DNA of 27,284 nucleotides from Candidatus Nanoarchaeia archaeon (GTDB lineage Archaea; Halobacteriota; Methanosarcinia; Methanosarcinales; Methanocomedenaceae): NCBI GenBank assembly GCA_035530415.1, contig DATKUV010000042.1, positions 1 to 27,284 of the forward strand, read 5' to 3'. Shown piece by piece: positions 26,623 to 27,284 of this stretch (position 1 is its first letter; each line of letters starts with the position of its first letter). The notes under the pieces were generated by a model. It saw only the letters and a program-made list of their open reading frames with translations, ran no database searches and was not told where the DNA came from. The position numbers and the translations under genes were made by a program.

Positions 26623-27284
26623 TCAATGGTAGATCATTGTCCCAATGCCATGATCAGTAAATAGTTCCAGTAGTATGCTGTGGGATTTGCTGCCATCTAT
26701 TATATGTACTTTTTCAACTCCACGTTTAACCCCATGTGCTGCAGACCTGATCTTGGGTATCATACCACCGGAAATGATACCTCCCTGTATCAAGTCATCA
26801 ACTGTGTCGATCTGAATGCGGGAGATCCGGCTTGATTCATCATCTGTTTTTTGAAGCACACCCGGTACATCGGTCATGAGTATGAGTTTCTTGGCCTTCA
26901 TAGCAACTGCAATATCACCTGCTACTGTATCTGCATTTATATTCAGACTGTTACCTTTCTCATCAACAGCGATGGGTGCTACGACTGGAATGTATCCATT
27001 TCCTGCTGCTATCATGAGTATTTCAGGATTTATTAACTCAACGTCACCAACCCAACCCAGGTCAACTTCATGTTCTTTTCCCTCATAGGTAATTCGTTGA
27101 AGGGCTTTCTTCCTGGCCATTATGAGCTTTCCGTCCTTTCCGGAGAGGCCCAGACCTTTTCCTCCATTCAGCCCGATCAGGGATACAATTCTAGTATTGA
27201 TGTTTCCTACAAGTACCATTCGGGCAATCTCTAACGTTTCGTCATCAGTGATCCGAAGTCCTGCCACAAATTCGCTTTTCTTGC
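26623..27284 (-). CDS. argB: Acetylglutamate kinase (5'-truncated by the window edge)
   Basis: Contains 'GLRITD', 'GLSGKDG', 'NINADTVAG', 'LMTDVPGV' and 'GGMIPKI'. The frame stays open to position 27284, so GTG 27267 is not the real start. Confidence 0.95.
   Translation of the reverse strand, partial: KKSEFVAGLRITDDETLEIARMVLVGNINTRIVSLIGLNGGKGLGLSGKDGKLIMARKKALQRITYEGKEHEVDLGWVGDVELINPEILMIAAGNGYIPVVAPIAVDEKGNSLNINADTVAGDIAVAMKAKKLILMTDVPGVLQKTDDESSRISRIQIDTVDDLIQGGIISGGMIPKIRSAAHGVKRGVEKVHIIDGSKSHSILLELFTDHGIGTMIYH

Overview
Archaeal chromosomal DNA, most likely Methanosarcinales (methanogen or ANME-2-like). This is inferred from a methanogenesis marker 8 (DUF2099)-type gene, a thermosome, a PGF-CTERM protein, a Methanosarcina-style RNase P RNA and GGAGG/GAGGTG ribosome-binding sites. 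The housekeeping backbone comprises rnpB, ths, purL, purB, ABCE1/RLI, an EMC6-like gene, argB (cut by the window edge), a Kef-type K+ antiporter and an ECF-type Ni/Co transporter. Most novelty lies between annotated genes. (1) Two paralogous secreted micro-proteins share a signal peptide, RBS and promoter but have unrelated Cys/Asp/His-rich cores; one core is a 15-bp VNTR encoding (CPNED)n. They flank a dead IS630 and an ISL3 scrap. (2) An orphan P-loop (guanylate-kinase-like) plus JAB-like fusion lies between ths and the purL cluster. (3) A NikM-NikN-NikO fusion has a NikR-type operator over its TATA box. (4) Several small ORFs or gene relics are missing from the ORF track: a Zn-ribbon, a 37-aa ORF, and radical SAM, DUF6293 and lipoprotein remnants. 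(5) The RNase P RNA has an apparent two-hairpin insertion. All family assignments are by motif recognition by eye; no searches were run.
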